A stretch of 64,000 nucleotides of DNA from Eledone cirrhosa (Eukaryota), in NCBI GenBank assembly GCA_964016885.1, contig OZ024740.1:256308001-256372000 (forward strand), given 5' to 3'. Within the stretch, counting starts at the first letter, position 1, and every line of letters starts with the position of its first letter. Shown piece after piece: positions 41,248 to 55,779 of this stretch. The position numbers and the translations under genes were made by a program. The notes beneath the pieces were generated by a model. It ran no database searches. It saw only the letters and a list, made by a program, of their open reading frames with translations, and was not told where the DNA came from.

Positions 41248-42374
41248 CAATATAAAACATAGCTAAATATTTGGAAAGTCTCCTCAAGAAATGCAAAAAA
41301 AATTATGTGAATATAGGTGAAGGTAATACAATAGACATATAAAACATATAAAAAATGTTTTTAAGAAATATAGTTAGGTGTGTGTATATGTATATACACT
41401 CACTGATGTACATATGTATGTATGTACAAATGTGTGTGTATAGTGAAAATGTCTGCGTAAATATATATATGAGGGTAAGTATCTACAGACACAGACGTGA
41501 ATGTCCAGTTGACAGATACACAGAAAAACACGGTATTAGATACATTATAAGAATATGAAGGCACACGTATAAACACACACACGCGCGCGTACACTTATAT
41601 GCGGAAGAAAAAGAGGTAAGGGAGTGTAATAGTAAAAAGAAAGTATCATTCTCGATATATTTATAAAAATGGAACAATAATTTAGAAAGAAAATTGCGAA
41701 GTAAAGAAAACAAACAAGGTACACGCGTACATACACACATATATCTACAAGAAACGTATATCTATAAAATATATATATATGTATACACGCAAAACGTGCA
41801 GACAAAAGTGCATGTAAGTATACATACACACATAGGATGCACACATATACATACATACACCTCGCCCCATGTATTTCTAATCACGCGTACGTACGCGACT
41901 GTATACTCACACACACATAAATATATACATACGTATATACATACGCACACTTACACATCCATACATTCAGTACATACACTCACGCACGTTGACCCGCTTA
42001 CATGCGCACACATAAAAATAAGAATGTAAAAAAATAGATGTAAAAACACAGATATAAAAACACACACACATACACATATATATATACACGCACGCGCGCG
42101 CACATACGGAGGCGTTCGTGTACATATACAGAAAGTATACACACATAAAGACGCTCAGACACATAGATACAGGGTGTAAAAACGGCCTTGTGAATAAGTG
42201 AGTACAAATATAAAAAAATATAAGAATGGCTGCAAAATAACAGAAAATATCTGGAGTGGAAAACGCAAGTGACTGGTGTAATCAGGTAGTGAAGAAAATA
42301 GGGAAAAAGTGGAAAGTGAAGGTATTAGGTAAGTGAATCAGAGAATAAAGAGGGGGGTTAGTGGTGGATGTGAA

Positions 42375-42622
42375 GTAAAAATAAAAATAAAAATAAAAAT
42401 AAAAATAAAAATAAAAATAAAAATAAAAATAAAAATAAAAATAAAAATAAAAATAAAAATAAAAATAAAAATAAAAATAAAAATAAAAATAAAAATAAAA
42501 ATAAAAATAAAAATAAAAATAAAAATAAAAATAAAAATAAAATTAAAAATAAAAATAAAAAATAAAAATAAAAATAAAAATAAAAATAAAAATAAAAATA
42601 AAAATAAAAATAAAAATAAAAA
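42375..42622. repeat. (TAAAAA)n hexanucleotide repeat
   Basis: Direct reading of the sequence. Confidence 0.95.
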
Positions 42623-42725
42623 TGAAATTAATAATAAGGTTAAAAATTAAAGTAAATCAGAAAAGGTAGTCTTAAAGAGAATAATAAGAGCTTATGGAGG
42701 ATAAGTATCTGAAAGTGTGTTAAGT

Positions 42726-43680
42726 TTATATGAGCAGGTGTGATTTCATGTGTGGGCAACTGGTGAAAATTTCTGTCTTTGTGTTTAGGCAGGTCTTTGG
42801 TGATTTAAGGTTTTGCAAAATCCAATATTTTTCATTTATACAGAGCGTGCATTTTCTTGTTCCTCTTGCATATTCTTTAGATTGGTTCAAAATTGACCAA
42901 TCCAATTTATATTGGATACCTTGGTCTTTCAAATCCCATATTCTGCTAGCCAGAGCTGTTGTAAATCTTTTTTCTGGATGTCGAAAGGATGCGACATGTG
43001 AGTAATAACGCGTTTTGAATTTGTCTTGCGTCATACCCACATATCGTTCACTGGTGGCTGGTTGGTTGTTGCTGGTGGTTTTCACTTTAGCCGCATATAC
43101 AATGGCTTTGGTGTTGCATTTACCTTGTAATGGGCATTCACTTTTGATTCTACAGGAGCAATTTTGATGTTCTCTAGGTGATTTTTTGTTGATGATATAG
43201 GATTTAATAGGGGGACCGCATGAGTAGCTAATTTTGACACAGTTTCTATTAAAGATCTTATAGTATCTATGTGTTCTAGGAAATGTTTATCTAAGAGCTC
43301 TAGGAATTGTTTGCCTCCATTAGTTTTAACTGCTAGAGAGTAGGAAGGTGTGAACCAGATTATTTTTCCTTTTCCTGTTTTTATGTTTAATAGAGTTAGT
43401 ATAGTTGGGTATGTATTTAATCGGTTCGCTAAAACCGCTATTTTGGAGGGCTTTATTATAGTAGGGGGGATGCCTTATTGAAAATAGCTTCTGAGGAAAA
43501 GAGGGTGGAGATCCTACGGCTAATATTAGGGATAAGGTTTTTAAAACCTATAGGAGGATGGCAAGAGCCTTTATTTATATATTTTAAGTTTTCATTAGGT
43601 TTATGGTCTGGTTTATAAGAAGCAGTAGGCAAATCTAGGTTTATATCTAGGAAATTTACATTGGAAAGGTTAGTGTCAAT
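42726..43680 (-). mobile_element. Penelope-like element 3' part (RT thumb, linker, GIY-YIG), possibly Naiad-type; 3' UTR probably runs to ~41150
   Basis: VNFLDINLDL...YKP..KPN...YI...S.HPP, IIWFTPSYS..VKT, CSCRIKSECPLQGKC, IVYAA...YVGMT...FKTRY..H..SF, CTLCINEK..I, LNTKTEI...CPH. The clade label is from memory. Confidence 0.85.
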
Positions 43681-43748
43681 AATATATATATACTTAACAG
43701 CCACCAGCTTCAAGCACCGATTATTAGCTGAATATTATATATACAATG

Positions 43749-43810
<62 letters not shown>

Positions 43811-43993
43811 GTTATATAGTAAGGTGCATTATTGGTTGTGTAAAATGGTCCAATAACTTTATGTTAGCAATATTAAGTTCTCCACGCTTTTGTATATCTC
43901 CAATTTCATTCAAGGGAACAGCTAGATGATGTAAAACGGAGTATAAGTATCAAAATGAAAATCCGAAGGCAAGGTAAAATTCCAATCATTTAA

Positions 43994-44067
43994 TCACGAC
44001 ACATGTTTCAATAAGAGATAGATCGATTGTGAAGCCATGATCGATTATCACTGATCTCATCAGGTGA
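43994..44067 (-). ncRNA. Type I hammerhead ribozyme with long stem II
   Basis: TCAC-CTGATGA-GAT..GATA.ATCGAT...ATCGAT.TATC..ATT-GAAA-CAtgTG-TC-GTGA. Confidence 0.7.
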
Positions 44068-44497
44068 AAATGAATTGTCTTCAAATTCTTGATATGAGGG
44101 AGAAGAAATAACGATGTTCTCTCACAGAATTCATTCCCTCATTATATATACATATATATACTTCGTTTTTGCATTTATTTTGCAAGATTTTTTATCTGAA
44201 ATCGTGTGTTGAAACATATATTCTTATATTTCGGGAGGGTCATGCTTCCAAGAAAAACACACGCACCTGCTGGTTTTCACTTCAATTTATTATAGATTTC
44301 CGGTTGGTTGGTTCGATAACCGGATGGCTGCTTATATATTGTCAAAGCTCTTTCGTCACATATTCTGTGACCTCCTCAGTGACTAGGTTTTTATTTTGTG
44401 TCCTTTGTTCTGTCCTACACCATCTTGCTTTTTATGTAATTAAATAGCTCTGTACTATATCTAGAGCACTCTTCTTTCCTTTACCTTTTCTACGGAA

Positions 44498-44610
<113 letters not shown>

Positions 44611-44908
44611 ATATAAGTTAAAATATAATTTTGTTGGGATATAAGCCAAATCGGCTAAAAAGCCGGCTTTAACTTATATAATACCCCGACAATGATTTCT
44701 GAAACTCAAGATACAACATCAGGAACTCCAAGACATTGGAAGAATTTAAGTTTCTTCATCTGGAGGTAAATTTTTCTTAGACATAACGGGACAAGTTCAA
44801 CATATATCATACGTACCATTTCGTTGCTAGAGCATATGGTGAACAAGGTGTTGAATCCTTGAATTACTATATATTCAACCTAAAGGGACAAGTTGAATAT
44901 ATATCATA

Positions 44909-45996
44909 CTAGCAGAGGTACCCGGCGCTGCTCGGATATTAAATAGCAATTGTGTATACCATTTACGTCAATACTTCAGTGCTGCTTCGAAAACTATACT
45001 TTTACAAAATCATCGGCTTTTTCCAAAAGGGGTTTCCTGCCCCCAGAGGTCCCCTACCCAATATGTGCCAATTCTGAGAGAGTTCACATTCATCTGTAGG
45101 ACAGACGTAGCTCATGTGTCAAGTTTTGTGAAAATCGGTTACGAACTCCAGAAGTTATGATGTGTTGTTGCATTGCACTGCAGTGCTGCAGTCGACTCCA
45201 AGGAAGTGGTTAAAGTGGTTAAAGGGTTTTTTTGCCGGGGGGGGGGGGGGTGCTATAATCAATATCTGGGAAAATGACAGTGCCCATGACCATCCGGAGT
45301 ACATAAGTAGCCTATGTCTTAAGTTTGGTGAAAATACTGTAGAAATGCATAAGGTTTATAAATACGCGCGTGGGTTCGTGTGTGCGCGTGTGTGTGGGGC
45401 GGGGGGGGGTATGCATTTGTGTGTGCGTATATGTGTATGTCTGTCGGGGCATACGTATATACTGGCGTAAATCTTCACTATTTACTTTTACTATTTTAAT
45501 AACCTCTGTCATTTTCGTTTTCAATTTTATTTCCATCATTCTTAAACTCCGGGGCTGGAAATCATTCTATTATTTTAAATAGAATATTAGTCTAACTACC
45601 CCATTTATACCATAAACTTGGTCTTGTCTTTGCATGAAATTGTTCTTCACGCTCCACATAACGACGTATTATCCTCGCTTTTTTCCCGTTCATTGCCAGG
45701 GAACGTCTTCACGAACCAAAATATCGTCTTCCTGTTTTCGTTCGGTTGCAACGTTTCTCGAAATAATTATTTCTGCGTTCATAGATTACTCTCAGTTCAA
45801 TTTGAATGGGAAATTCCTGTTTCATCGATTTTCTCCGTAACCATAGAATATTATAGCTTGAAAGTCGAGCCAACGACTCCTCGGGTCATTCTGCATAACT
45901 GTGTAAATTTTCGCTGCATTCCACCAAGCCGTCTCGACGTTTATCCGACTACACCTACATATACAACGTCCGACCACTTCCAATTTATATAGTAGA
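44909..45996 (-). mobile_element. Non-autonomous Helitron
   Basis: Minus strand: a|TCTACTATATAAA ... ccgagcagcgccgg hairpin ... CTAG|t. Confidence 0.7.
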
Positions 45997-46106
45997 TTTG
46001 TTTATATATGAATGACAAAAAGAAAAAGTACAAAACTATACATGAATTGTTTCTACTAAACCTTCAATTTAAGACACAACCTACATATTTAATAGGACTC
46101 CAGCTC

Positions 46107-46137
<31 letters not shown>

Positions 46138-46689
46138 CTTCTTCTTCTTCTGCTCCCCCTGGAACATTGGGCTGCGAACCACCCCACACAACGCCATGTT
46201 CTGAGTCTGCTTTTCAACTCCACCGTGATGCACGGTGCGTCATGGTGTATCTAACCATTTTTTTAGGTCTAACTACGGCTGATTTATTCCAGAGAGAAAG
46301 AAAGAGATGGAAAAATGCAGAGAAGATTCATCCCCGGAGGAATAATAAAAAATGTTTACACTGCACATTTCATTTTTTCAAAGCTAAAGCTGCCGATCCA
46401 AAATCAGTAATTCAACTCCCTGAAAACTTTCAAATGTATGCTGTTCTAGCATGAATATTATGCTAAGTATAAGCTGTCCACAAAGTAAGATTTACTTGCA
46501 TATCCCCGCTCATATAAACACATAAATACATGCATACATACATTACAATTGATTTTTTTTTTTTTATTAAAGCGTTTTCATATTATATATATATATATAT
46601 ATATATATAGTGACGAAACATAAGTCAATTGCATGAACTCATAATCCTTTATTTATTGCTTTATTTGTATGAAATTGTAAATAAGACAA

Positions 46690-47732
46690 AAGTATTAGAA
46701 CAGGGGGAAATAACTCACCGAACGCGATAGTTTTGGGGCCCCAGGGACCACATTTTTCAAGTTAGAGATTTGAAACCTCGTCTATTTCCTTCCTTGGCAC
46801 TTTTTACATGGGTGTGTAAATTTTCATGTCAGTCCGACGACGTCTACTACCATTTAACCGTGCACATCTGAATTTCAACCACCACCCATTTCACAAATGT
46901 ATATTAGACTAGCAGCTGAGCCCGGTTGCACCCGGGGCCACTTTGTTATTAAGTTAATAATTTGAAAAATATTATTGAAAGTTTATTATAAAGAAGCAGT
47001 TTCATGAAAAAAATAGAAATATGCACTTGGGGCTGGACGGCGTACAATGAGAAGTGGAGCGACGTGAAAAGCGTTGTTTATTAACAGCGAAATAGCAATG
47101 TCGATGATATGCAATTTGAAAAATACTATTTACTGTTAGAGGTGGTTAACATGTATTAGAATTAAAATAAAAACACGCGTCCCTTCTTCGCAATTTAAGG
47201 GTTTTATTTCTTTTGATGGAAAACAGTGACCGTACTGCAGAATCGATTTCATAAAACGGTATTGTATGATCGTTAAATGTAGAAGGATGATAGTTTATTA
47301 ACAGCGAAATAGCAATGTCGATGATATGCAAGTTTAAAAATGCATATTATGAAGGTTTGTATGATAGTTTACACTTTTTCCTGAAACTGCTTCTTTATAA
47401 TAAACTTTCAATAATATTTTTCAAATTATTGGTACTGTATGTTAACAGCGAAAGAACGTTGATGAGTTTAAAAATTTGTATAAAATTGTAAATAACTCAG
47501 CTAAGTATTAGAACAGGGGGAAATAACTCACCGAACGCGATAGTAAATAGACCGTTTGTAGGCCCTAGGGACCACATTTTTCAAGTTAGAGATTTGAAAC
47601 CTCGTCTATTTGCTTCCTTGGCACTTTTTACATAGGTGTGTAAGTGTTCATGTCCGTCCGACCACGTCTACTACCATTTAACCGTGCACATCTGAATTTC
47701 AACCACCACCCATTTCACAAATATATATTAGA
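46690..47732 (-). mobile_element. Non-autonomous Helitron (46909-47732) followed head-to-tail by a partial second copy (46690-46908)
   Basis: 5' TCTAATATA, 3' hairpin cccgggtgcaaccggg and CTAG. 46690-46908 duplicates ~47503-47732. Confidence 0.7.
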
Positions 47733-48129
47733 TATACCATGCCATTAGTAGACCGCATCGTGAAGCAACGTGATGCAACGCTGGATTACTGTATGAATAT
47801 GTTCTACTTAATGTATTAGGACAATATGACGGGCATATATTGACGTTGGAAATAGCAGCCCAAACCGTCTAAATAAGCTCAACAAAGACGGAGCAGTCAA
47901 TATTAATTTATAACTCTATAAAGTCAACTGTCGCTAATACGTAAACATCTCAATGAAAGGACAAAATGTATTAATAAATTATCCATTAAGAGAAGTATTG
48001 AAATATATTAAACTTAAGTCAAAATCTAAAGTCGGCTTTAACTTATATAATACCCCGACAATTGTGGTGGTGGTGCTGGTTGTAGTGCAGAAATAGAATT
48101 GGTGGTAGTGTTGGTAGTGGTGGTGAGGT

Positions 48130-48620
48130 GCTGGTTGTAATGTAGAGATTGGTAGTGGTGGTGATGTGATGCTGGTTGTAGTGTAGAGATGGTAGTGCTT
48201 GTTGTTGTGGCGGTGGTGTGATATTGGTTGTAGTGACAAGATGGTAATGGTGGTGGTGGTGGTGGTTGTGGCGTGATGCTGGTTGTAGTGTAGAGATGGT
48301 AGTGCTTGTTGTTGTGGCGGTGGTGTGATATTGGTTGTAGTGACAAGATGGTAATGGTGGTGGTGGTGGTGGTGGTGGCGTGATGCTGGTTGTAGTGTAG
48401 AGATGGTAGTGCTTGTTGTTGTGGCGGTGGTGTGATATTGGTTGTAGTGACAAGATGGTAATGGTGGTGGTGGTGGTGGTTGTGGCGTGATGCTGGTTGT
48501 AGTGTAGAGATGGTAGTGCTTGTTGTTGTGGCGGTGGTGTGATATTGGTTGTAGTGACAAGATGGTAATGTTGGTGGTGGTGGTGGTTGTGGTGTGATGC
48601 TGGTTTTAGTGTAGAGATGA
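48130..48620. repeat. 107-bp G/T-rich minisatellite (~4.5 copies), followed by mixed trinucleotide tracts to ~49030
   Basis: gtgatattggttgtagtgacaagatggtaatg recurs every 107 bp. Confidence 0.9.
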
Positions 48621-48877
48621 TAGTGGTGGTGGTGGTGGTGTGTAGTTTGTTGTAAAGATGGTGTGATGCCGGTTGTAGTAATTTTAATAGTTTTGGTGCT
48701 GTTAATGATGGTGGTGGCCATGCTGGTTGTTACTATTATTATTACCACCACAACCAATGCTATAACCACCACAAACATCATCATCACTACTAACACCGTA
48801 ACCACTGCGACTACTACCACAACCACTACTATCATCACCATTTCTACTACCGCCATCGGCGTTGCTGCTGCTGCTGT

Positions 48878-48948
<71 letters not shown>

Positions 48949-48952
48949 TTGC

Positions 48953-48988
<36 letters not shown>

Positions 48989-50176
48989 CAACAATAATAA
49001 CAACAATAATTGCTGTTGTTGTGGTGGTGGTGGAAGTGGTGTGGCATTGATTAATTTTCTGAACTTGCAATTACAATATATTGCAGAGAATTAGGGTCCG
49101 TTGGAAGAGATTGTGTCTGTTATAGAGAGATAAGGGACCCTAGTACCCCCACCTACCCCTTTTTCTCTCTCTCGAACGCCTCGCTCCACCACTTCCCTCG
49201 TCGTTCAGATAGGCAGACAGACAGACGATTATTGCCTAGATAGCTATCTCTTAAAAGGACAGAGACTAGTTGGTTGGTCTAAGGTTTTCTTTTGTCTAAA
49301 GAACCTGGGTGCTGATTGTATATAGCTTTATGTATGTCGATCTATCTATCTATCTCACTATTCATCAATCTTTCATTCCCCCCTCTCTTCCTCCACCCAT
49401 CCATTCACCCATCCATCTATCTATCCATCTCCCCCCCTCTCTCTCTCTGTCTATATATATATATTGATATATATATATATATAAAAACTTTGAGAATGTG
49501 CTGGTTGTTTGCCGACACCTCAGTACGCACTTTGGTGCACTCGACGGGGTACGCAGTTTGGTTTGTTACCTCCGGAGTAACGTAAAATAATATGTGTAAG
49601 TCAAATATGTTAAAGTTGGCTTCGTTTATTTCGTTGGCTTCGTTAATTCGCTGCTATATATATTTCAGTGACAGCCCTTATTGGCTGTGACCTCACCAGG
49701 CAGTAAGAATTAATATAGAAAACACAGGTAAACATGGTGTTGTAATGTGTTCTACCCTGTTAATTCATCGATATGTCCAGCTCCTGGGTTGTGATGTTAG
49801 TCCTCAAAGGAACTGGAAACATATTATTCCAGTTCCTTTATATATGTATAAACTATATTTAGAATAACAAAGGCAGTAAAAGTTCTATAGACAGGTCCAT
49901 TCAGCGGGTGCTCTTCCTTATTGATATGGTTCGCTTAAGCTAACCATGCTTTGGTGAGTTGTCTGCAGGCACATTCACACACACACACATATAGAGCCTC
50001 CGGTCCCCCACATTTGCAAAAACACACACTTATATATATATATATGTAAAGGTTATATTTAATTTGTTGGGATACAACAACCAAAATATTTTTATAACTG
50101 GTATAAAGCACTCAACCAGAATGGTTGCATCTTTTTAGGGTATGTCAATATTTATTTATAAAACTAACCTATATTA

Positions 50177-50242
50177 TATTTTATCTGATGGAAGCGCACC
50201 ATAATTTGCCTTGGTGGCCCTTGAAATATGTATAATGAAATA
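50177..50242 (+). ncRNA. Hammerhead-like motif (A9G)
   Basis: TATTTTAT-CTGATGG-AAG..CACCA...TGGTG..CTT-GAAA-TAtgTA-TA-ATGAAATA. Confidence 0.55.
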
Positions 50243-50313
50243 AATATGATTTTATAAATATAGTTTCCATTTGTTAATATATTGTATATATATGTATATA
50301 TATATATATATAT

Positions 50314-50362
50314 GATTCCTGATGATTTCTAAAGAATGAAACAGTTCTAGTCCTGTAGAATC
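50314..50362 (+). ncRNA. Type I hammerhead ribozyme (family D)
   Basis: GATTC-CTGATGA-TTTCT-aa-AGAAT-GAAA-CAG-ttctagtc-CTG-TA-GAATC. Confidence 0.75.
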
Positions 50363-51070
50363 TCATCTATATTAAAACTTTTATACTCTGCTATGTATTG
50401 AGTACCTTACTTACTGTGGTTACCTCCGATTCAACCCGGAATAACGTATATACATATATATATATATACATATACATATGTATACACACATATATACACA
50501 GATACATACATATAAATACACACACAATATATATATATATATATACATGATGATGGGTGCCCCCTCGTTATCGAGTATGTCCATTGCACGATATACCATT
50601 ATGTGTATATATATATATACTTATGTATATATGTGTGTATGTGTATATATGTATATATGTATATATGCATATATATAAAAATGTGTGTACATATACACAC
50701 ACACACACGCATATATATGTATATGTATGCATGTGTATATATGTATGCATGTGTATATATGTATGCATGTGTATATGTATGCATGTGTATATATGTGTAT
50801 ATATGTGTATATATATATATATATGTATATATGTGTGTGTATACATATGTACATGTATATATATATATATATATATGCACATATACACATATACATAAGT
50901 ATATATATATATATATACACGTACATACGTATACATACATATACACACATACATATATCCACACATATATACACAGATACATACATATAAATACACACAC
51001 ACACACAATATATACATATATACATGATGATGGCTGCCCCCTCATTATCGAGTGTGGCCATTGTACGATA

Positions 51071-51268
51071 TACCATTATTAATTGTTTCTACTTTAGGGA
51101 CAAGGCCAGCAAATACCCAGTACATTACTGGTACTTTATTTTATCGACCCCGTAAGGATGAAAGGCAAAGTTAACCTCTGCGGGATTTGAACTCAGACGG
51201 TAAAAGGACGTGACTATGCTAGAAAGCATGGCGTCCAACCCTCTACCGATACTGCCAATTCACCGCCC
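51071..51268 (-). mobile_element. tRNA-derived SINE
   Basis: Reverse complement of the SINE family. Confidence 0.85.
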
Positions 51269-51439
51269 TAAATTATACCATTATTAATAATTATTAATTA
51301 ATTTTATCGTGCAATACCTGTGCGTGTAGATAATTTTTAAAGTGAGGAAAGAGTGGGCACTGAGCCAATCCCACTCTCTGAGCGACAGTAGCTATAGCTC
51401 GAAGAGAAGAAAAGATCAACATCATCGGTAACTACTGAG

Positions 51440-51775
51440 TCACAGGTTTTATATCGGCCTGATCCCAGTTTCCTGAGTTGTCTTCTCCTAGAAGAATGTC
51501 CTGACAAAGGCTAGGGGTCCTTCTCTCCCAGTGGTTGAACCGCGCGGTACATGTCTATATACATATTTACACACTTTCGGATGGCCGTGACTCTTATCAG
51601 TTCTTCCGCCCTTTGTCAGGTTTTGTTTTTTGTCCTGCAGGGTGTCCAAAATCCTCCTCTTCGCCAAGTAAACTTGGTTTGGGTTGCTGGTTTAGTTGCC
51701 GACGACCCGACCATGCGACAGGTTTTACTAGGTTACATGTTACCAGTAGCACTCAAGAGTGACCCGACATAACAC
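51440..51775 (-). mobile_element. Relative of the 3480-3757 repeat (RTE-like 5' fragment)
   Basis: Shared tacatgttaccagtagcac and cctttg.caggttttgttttt.gtcctgcagg.tgtccaaa. Confidence 0.55.
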
Positions 51776-51865
51776 ATATACATACATACATACACACACA
51801 TATACCTACATATACATATATATATACATACATACATACACACACACACACATATATATATATAC

Positions 51866-51896
<31 letters not shown>

Positions 51897-52018
51897 CAGA
51901 CGCACACATACACACATATATATATTTATATATATATACAGATATATATATATATACATATATATACATACATACACACTTACACACACACATATATATA
52001 TACATACACACACACACG

Positions 52019-52063
<45 letters not shown>

Positions 52064-52134
52064 GCGTACATATATACATACACATACACCAACATATACA
52101 TACACATACACACATATACATGCATATATACATA

Positions 52135-52922
52135 TCTGTATATATATAAAATTAAGTATGTCTGTGTATTACCTATAGGGGCCTACATCTTACGTCCGAT
52201 TTTCATGAAACTTTACAGTCACATAGATTAGTCATCGGAGATTGTTTTCTATATTTCAGCGTATCGTTTTTTTTTATTCCGAGGTCATTCTGCAGATAAA
52301 AATCGATAGGGGGTCACCTTTTTTTAGGTATCGAAAAATAAGATTTTGGGCTCTCGCTCCCACATTTTACCACCGATTTCGTTCACATTTTAAAGCAAAA
52401 TAGAATTTATCAGTGCACATCCTGTAATGTCTTTATATTTTGCATTTGTTGTTCAGAGAAGGCGTGGCAGCCGCTTAAATATTAAAAAGAAAACACTTTT
52501 AGACTCAAATTTTCGGCTCTAGTTCCCACATTAATCAACCTACTTTGTTCAAATTTTACACTACACTATATCTGATTACTTCACATCTTGAAGTGGCTTT
52601 ACATTTTGGAGTTTTTGTTCAGTAACAGCGTGGCAGCCGCTTAAATATTCGAAAATCCCACCTTTTCGCTCAAATTTCCGCCTTTTCGGCTCTAGCTCCC
52701 ACATTTTTCAACCGATTTCGTTCAAATTCGAAACTCCCTCCCTCAGCATGCCCCTTCGTCAGTCACCCGCGTTTCTCAGTGATAGAGCTCATCACCACCC
52801 TCCCCCGCATGATCTGTGTGTGGCCAAAGATGAGTCATCCAGAAGCAATAGCTAAGATCAACACTTTTCATTAAAGCAGATATTATTTTACCTACCCAGG
52901 CGACGCTGGGTACTGCTGCTAG
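52135..52922 (+). mobile_element. Non-autonomous Helitron
   Basis: a|TCTGTATATATATAAAA ... ACCCAGgcgacgCTGGGT hairpin ... CTAG|t. Confidence 0.75.
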
Positions 52923-53018
52923 TATATATATATACATACACACATATATATGCATATATATATACACATACAGACACACATATATATATATATACACATA
53001 CACACACACACACCCACG

Positions 53019-53064
<46 letters not shown>

Positions 53065-53107
53065 TGTACATACATATATATACACACACACGTACACACC
53101 CATATAT

Positions 53108-53138
<31 letters not shown>

Positions 53139-53262
53139 CCCCCACCCACATACATAGAGGGCGGCCGACCGGGGTAGAAGCTGCTAAATGTTCGGCAGCC
53201 TTCATGTCTCTGATTTTCAGCCCCAAGGATTTTGTCTATTATATTTCTTTGCTAAATTTCGA

Positions 53263-53320
53263 ATACCTGATGATGTCACCGGATTCATGCTGAACCCGGT
53301 CATTGAAATGATCATAGTAT
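53263..53320 (+). ncRNA. Type I hammerhead ribozyme
   Basis: ATAC-CTGATGA-TG.ACCGG.TTCA-tgc-TGAA.CCGGT.CA..-GAAA-TGATCA-TA-GTAT, with palindromic stem III. Confidence 0.7.
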
Positions 53321-53485
53321 AATAAACCAGCCTCCTGTTATTTTATAATAATTAACTCCGTACAACACAACAACACAAACGAAGCCGGGTGAGTTGCATT
53401 ACGTCGAGTGCTCTCCCTAATATTACATCAAGGTTGAATATACGGAATGACCAGTTCTATCCAGTGGTGAACCAACAAACCTAAG

Positions 53486-53551
<66 letters not shown>

Positions 53552-53851
53552 TATAAATATATATATACAGATATATATATATACATATACATACACATAC
53601 ACACATACATATACACATATACATATACATATATATATATATATATTTATATATACACATATATACATTATACATACGCATACACACACACATATATATA
53701 CATACACACACGCACACATATATATCCATATGTGTGTATACACATATATATATGCATACATATACACATACGAACATACATATATATATATATATATATT
53801 TATATATACACATATATACATTATACACACACACATATATATATATACATA

Positions 53852-54770
53852 TCATTATCTATAAAAGGCAGATTGTTGTTGTGTGTGTGTGTGTGTGCAT
53901 GTTCCATGTTTATACATTTGCAGAATTTCAAACCGATTCGAGTCAAAGTCTGTAAGATTGTTGTAAATGATTTAACTTAGGTCTTCGACTATTTACTTCC
54001 TTAAGACTCACCCAGAATTACGGAAATAATCGATAAAACAAAATACATGACGCTTTATCCCTCTAATACAATTTGATTTACTCTCTCTACTCCCCTCAAA
54101 ATTCGATAAAACTTACATACATGCTTACAAACTTCCTTTAGGAACGCCAAAGAGAGAGAGAAGAGAGTGAGAGGGTGAGAGAGAGAGAACGTTTGTTTTT
54201 GAATGTGGAACGGTCAAACGTTTATTTACTTCAATGACAAAGAGAACTTATTACATTTCATATGAAACAACAATTATTCAAAAGCAACAGATAAGTTTAT
54301 TCAACAACAACAACAAAAAATAGCGATAAATCTTTTTTAAAACCTCTCAAACAACGTGGAAGAAAGAAGTATCAGTGTATTTACTATACACAATAATATT
54401 CTCTATGAGGTCACTAAACCTGCTAGAAACAGCAGCTAACTCTGCCCCATATTACACCACTCCCTACTGTCTTAAATTTAGAAAACACACGTTAGACAAC
54501 CATGAAGAACAACTCCATCGCAGCTCTGTTGTTCGGCTGGCATCGTCTACGCGCGTGTTGTGCAAGTACTGTGAAACAATACATTTCAACACTTCTTTGC
54601 ACAGAGATAATATCCATAGGCGAAACTACAATTGTCACTGTTGGCGCAGCTCCTGATTCGGCTGTCCAGGTCTGCAATTCTTTCACCCAGTGCCTGGCAG
54701 ACAAAAAAAGTGGTGCCATAATATGGGTGGTAACTTACTGACCCCGAGCAACGCCGGGCTTTAATGCTAG
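53852..54770 (+). mobile_element. Non-autonomous Helitron
   Basis: 5' TC...TATAAAAGG and 3' CCCGagcaacgcCGGG hairpin followed by CTAG|t. Confidence 0.7.
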
Positions 54771-54935
54771 TATATATATATATATACATATATGTGTGTA
54801 TACATACACATATATATACATACAAATACACGCACACATACATATATATATATATACACACACACACTCACATATACATATATACACATACACACATACA
54901 TATACATGCACAAATATATATACATACATATACAC

Positions 54936-54976
<41 letters not shown>

Positions 54977-55022
54977 TATATAGATACATATATATATATA
55001 CATATATATATATACATATATA

Positions 55023-55084
<62 letters not shown>

Positions 55085-55101
55085 TATATATATATATATA
55101 C

Positions 55102-55146
<45 letters not shown>

Positions 55147-55251
55147 TGTGTGTGTGTGTGTATATGTATGTAAAAGGTAAACAGAAATAACAGCACAATC
55201 GGTACAGTATATGGAAGGTATATATTAGGTTAACGCTTAATAGGAAGAGTG

Positions 55252-55287
55252 TCTTAACGTTTCGGACGCTAGTCCTTCATCAAAAGA
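55252..55287 (-). ncRNA. Minimal PLE-type hammerhead (C3U change)
   Basis: TCTT-TTGATGA-A-GGAC-tagc-GTCC-GAAA-CG-TT-AAGA. Confidence 0.65.
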
Positions 55288-55494
55288 AACAATGAGAAAT
55301 AAAATAGATTAAGGGGACAGGCGCGATAGAATTGGAAAAAAATGTCTTTAGATAAAAATAATAGGTCCATTCATGTTGACATCTCTTGCAAAACTGTTGG
55401 TGCTGGCGTTTTGTCTGCCTGAAATGGAAAAAGAAAACGTTTAGTATAAAGAGCTAGACTTGAGCTCGTGTGTAAGCATGAGTTTATGTGTGTG

Positions 55495-55556
<62 letters not shown>

Positions 55557-55779
55557 AGGTCCGTACGAAGCTAAGAAGAATTGTGTGTGTATATGTGAGT
55601 AAAAGGGTGTGTGTGCATGTAAGTACAAAGCTATGAACAAAAGTATGTTAATATAAGGGTGTATAAGGGTGTATACAGAGCAGTGAAGGGAACAGTGGAG
55701 TGAGCATATATAGTCGGCATGTATTAGTTGTAAGAGAAGATGCTAATAATGGACGGAGTATTAGAGAAATTGGGGAGGT

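Noticed and set aside
42333-42650. KIKIKI ORF
   Set aside because: Translation of (TAAAAA)n.
42726-43680. Selenocysteine-recoding PLE
   Set aside because: The Cys positions I checked are TGC/TGT, and I saw no in-frame TGA or SECIS.
44684-44725. Minus-strand CTGATGT...GAAATCATTGTC-GGGG, with a related fragment at ~48030-48065
   Set aside because: May be a decayed HHR, but A9 is changed and the stems are too weak to call.
47979-49094. His/Thr/Pro-rich ORFs (mucin- or HRP-like)
   Set aside because: They come from a 107-bp minisatellite (not a multiple of 3, so the same peptide cycles through frames) and trinucleotide runs.
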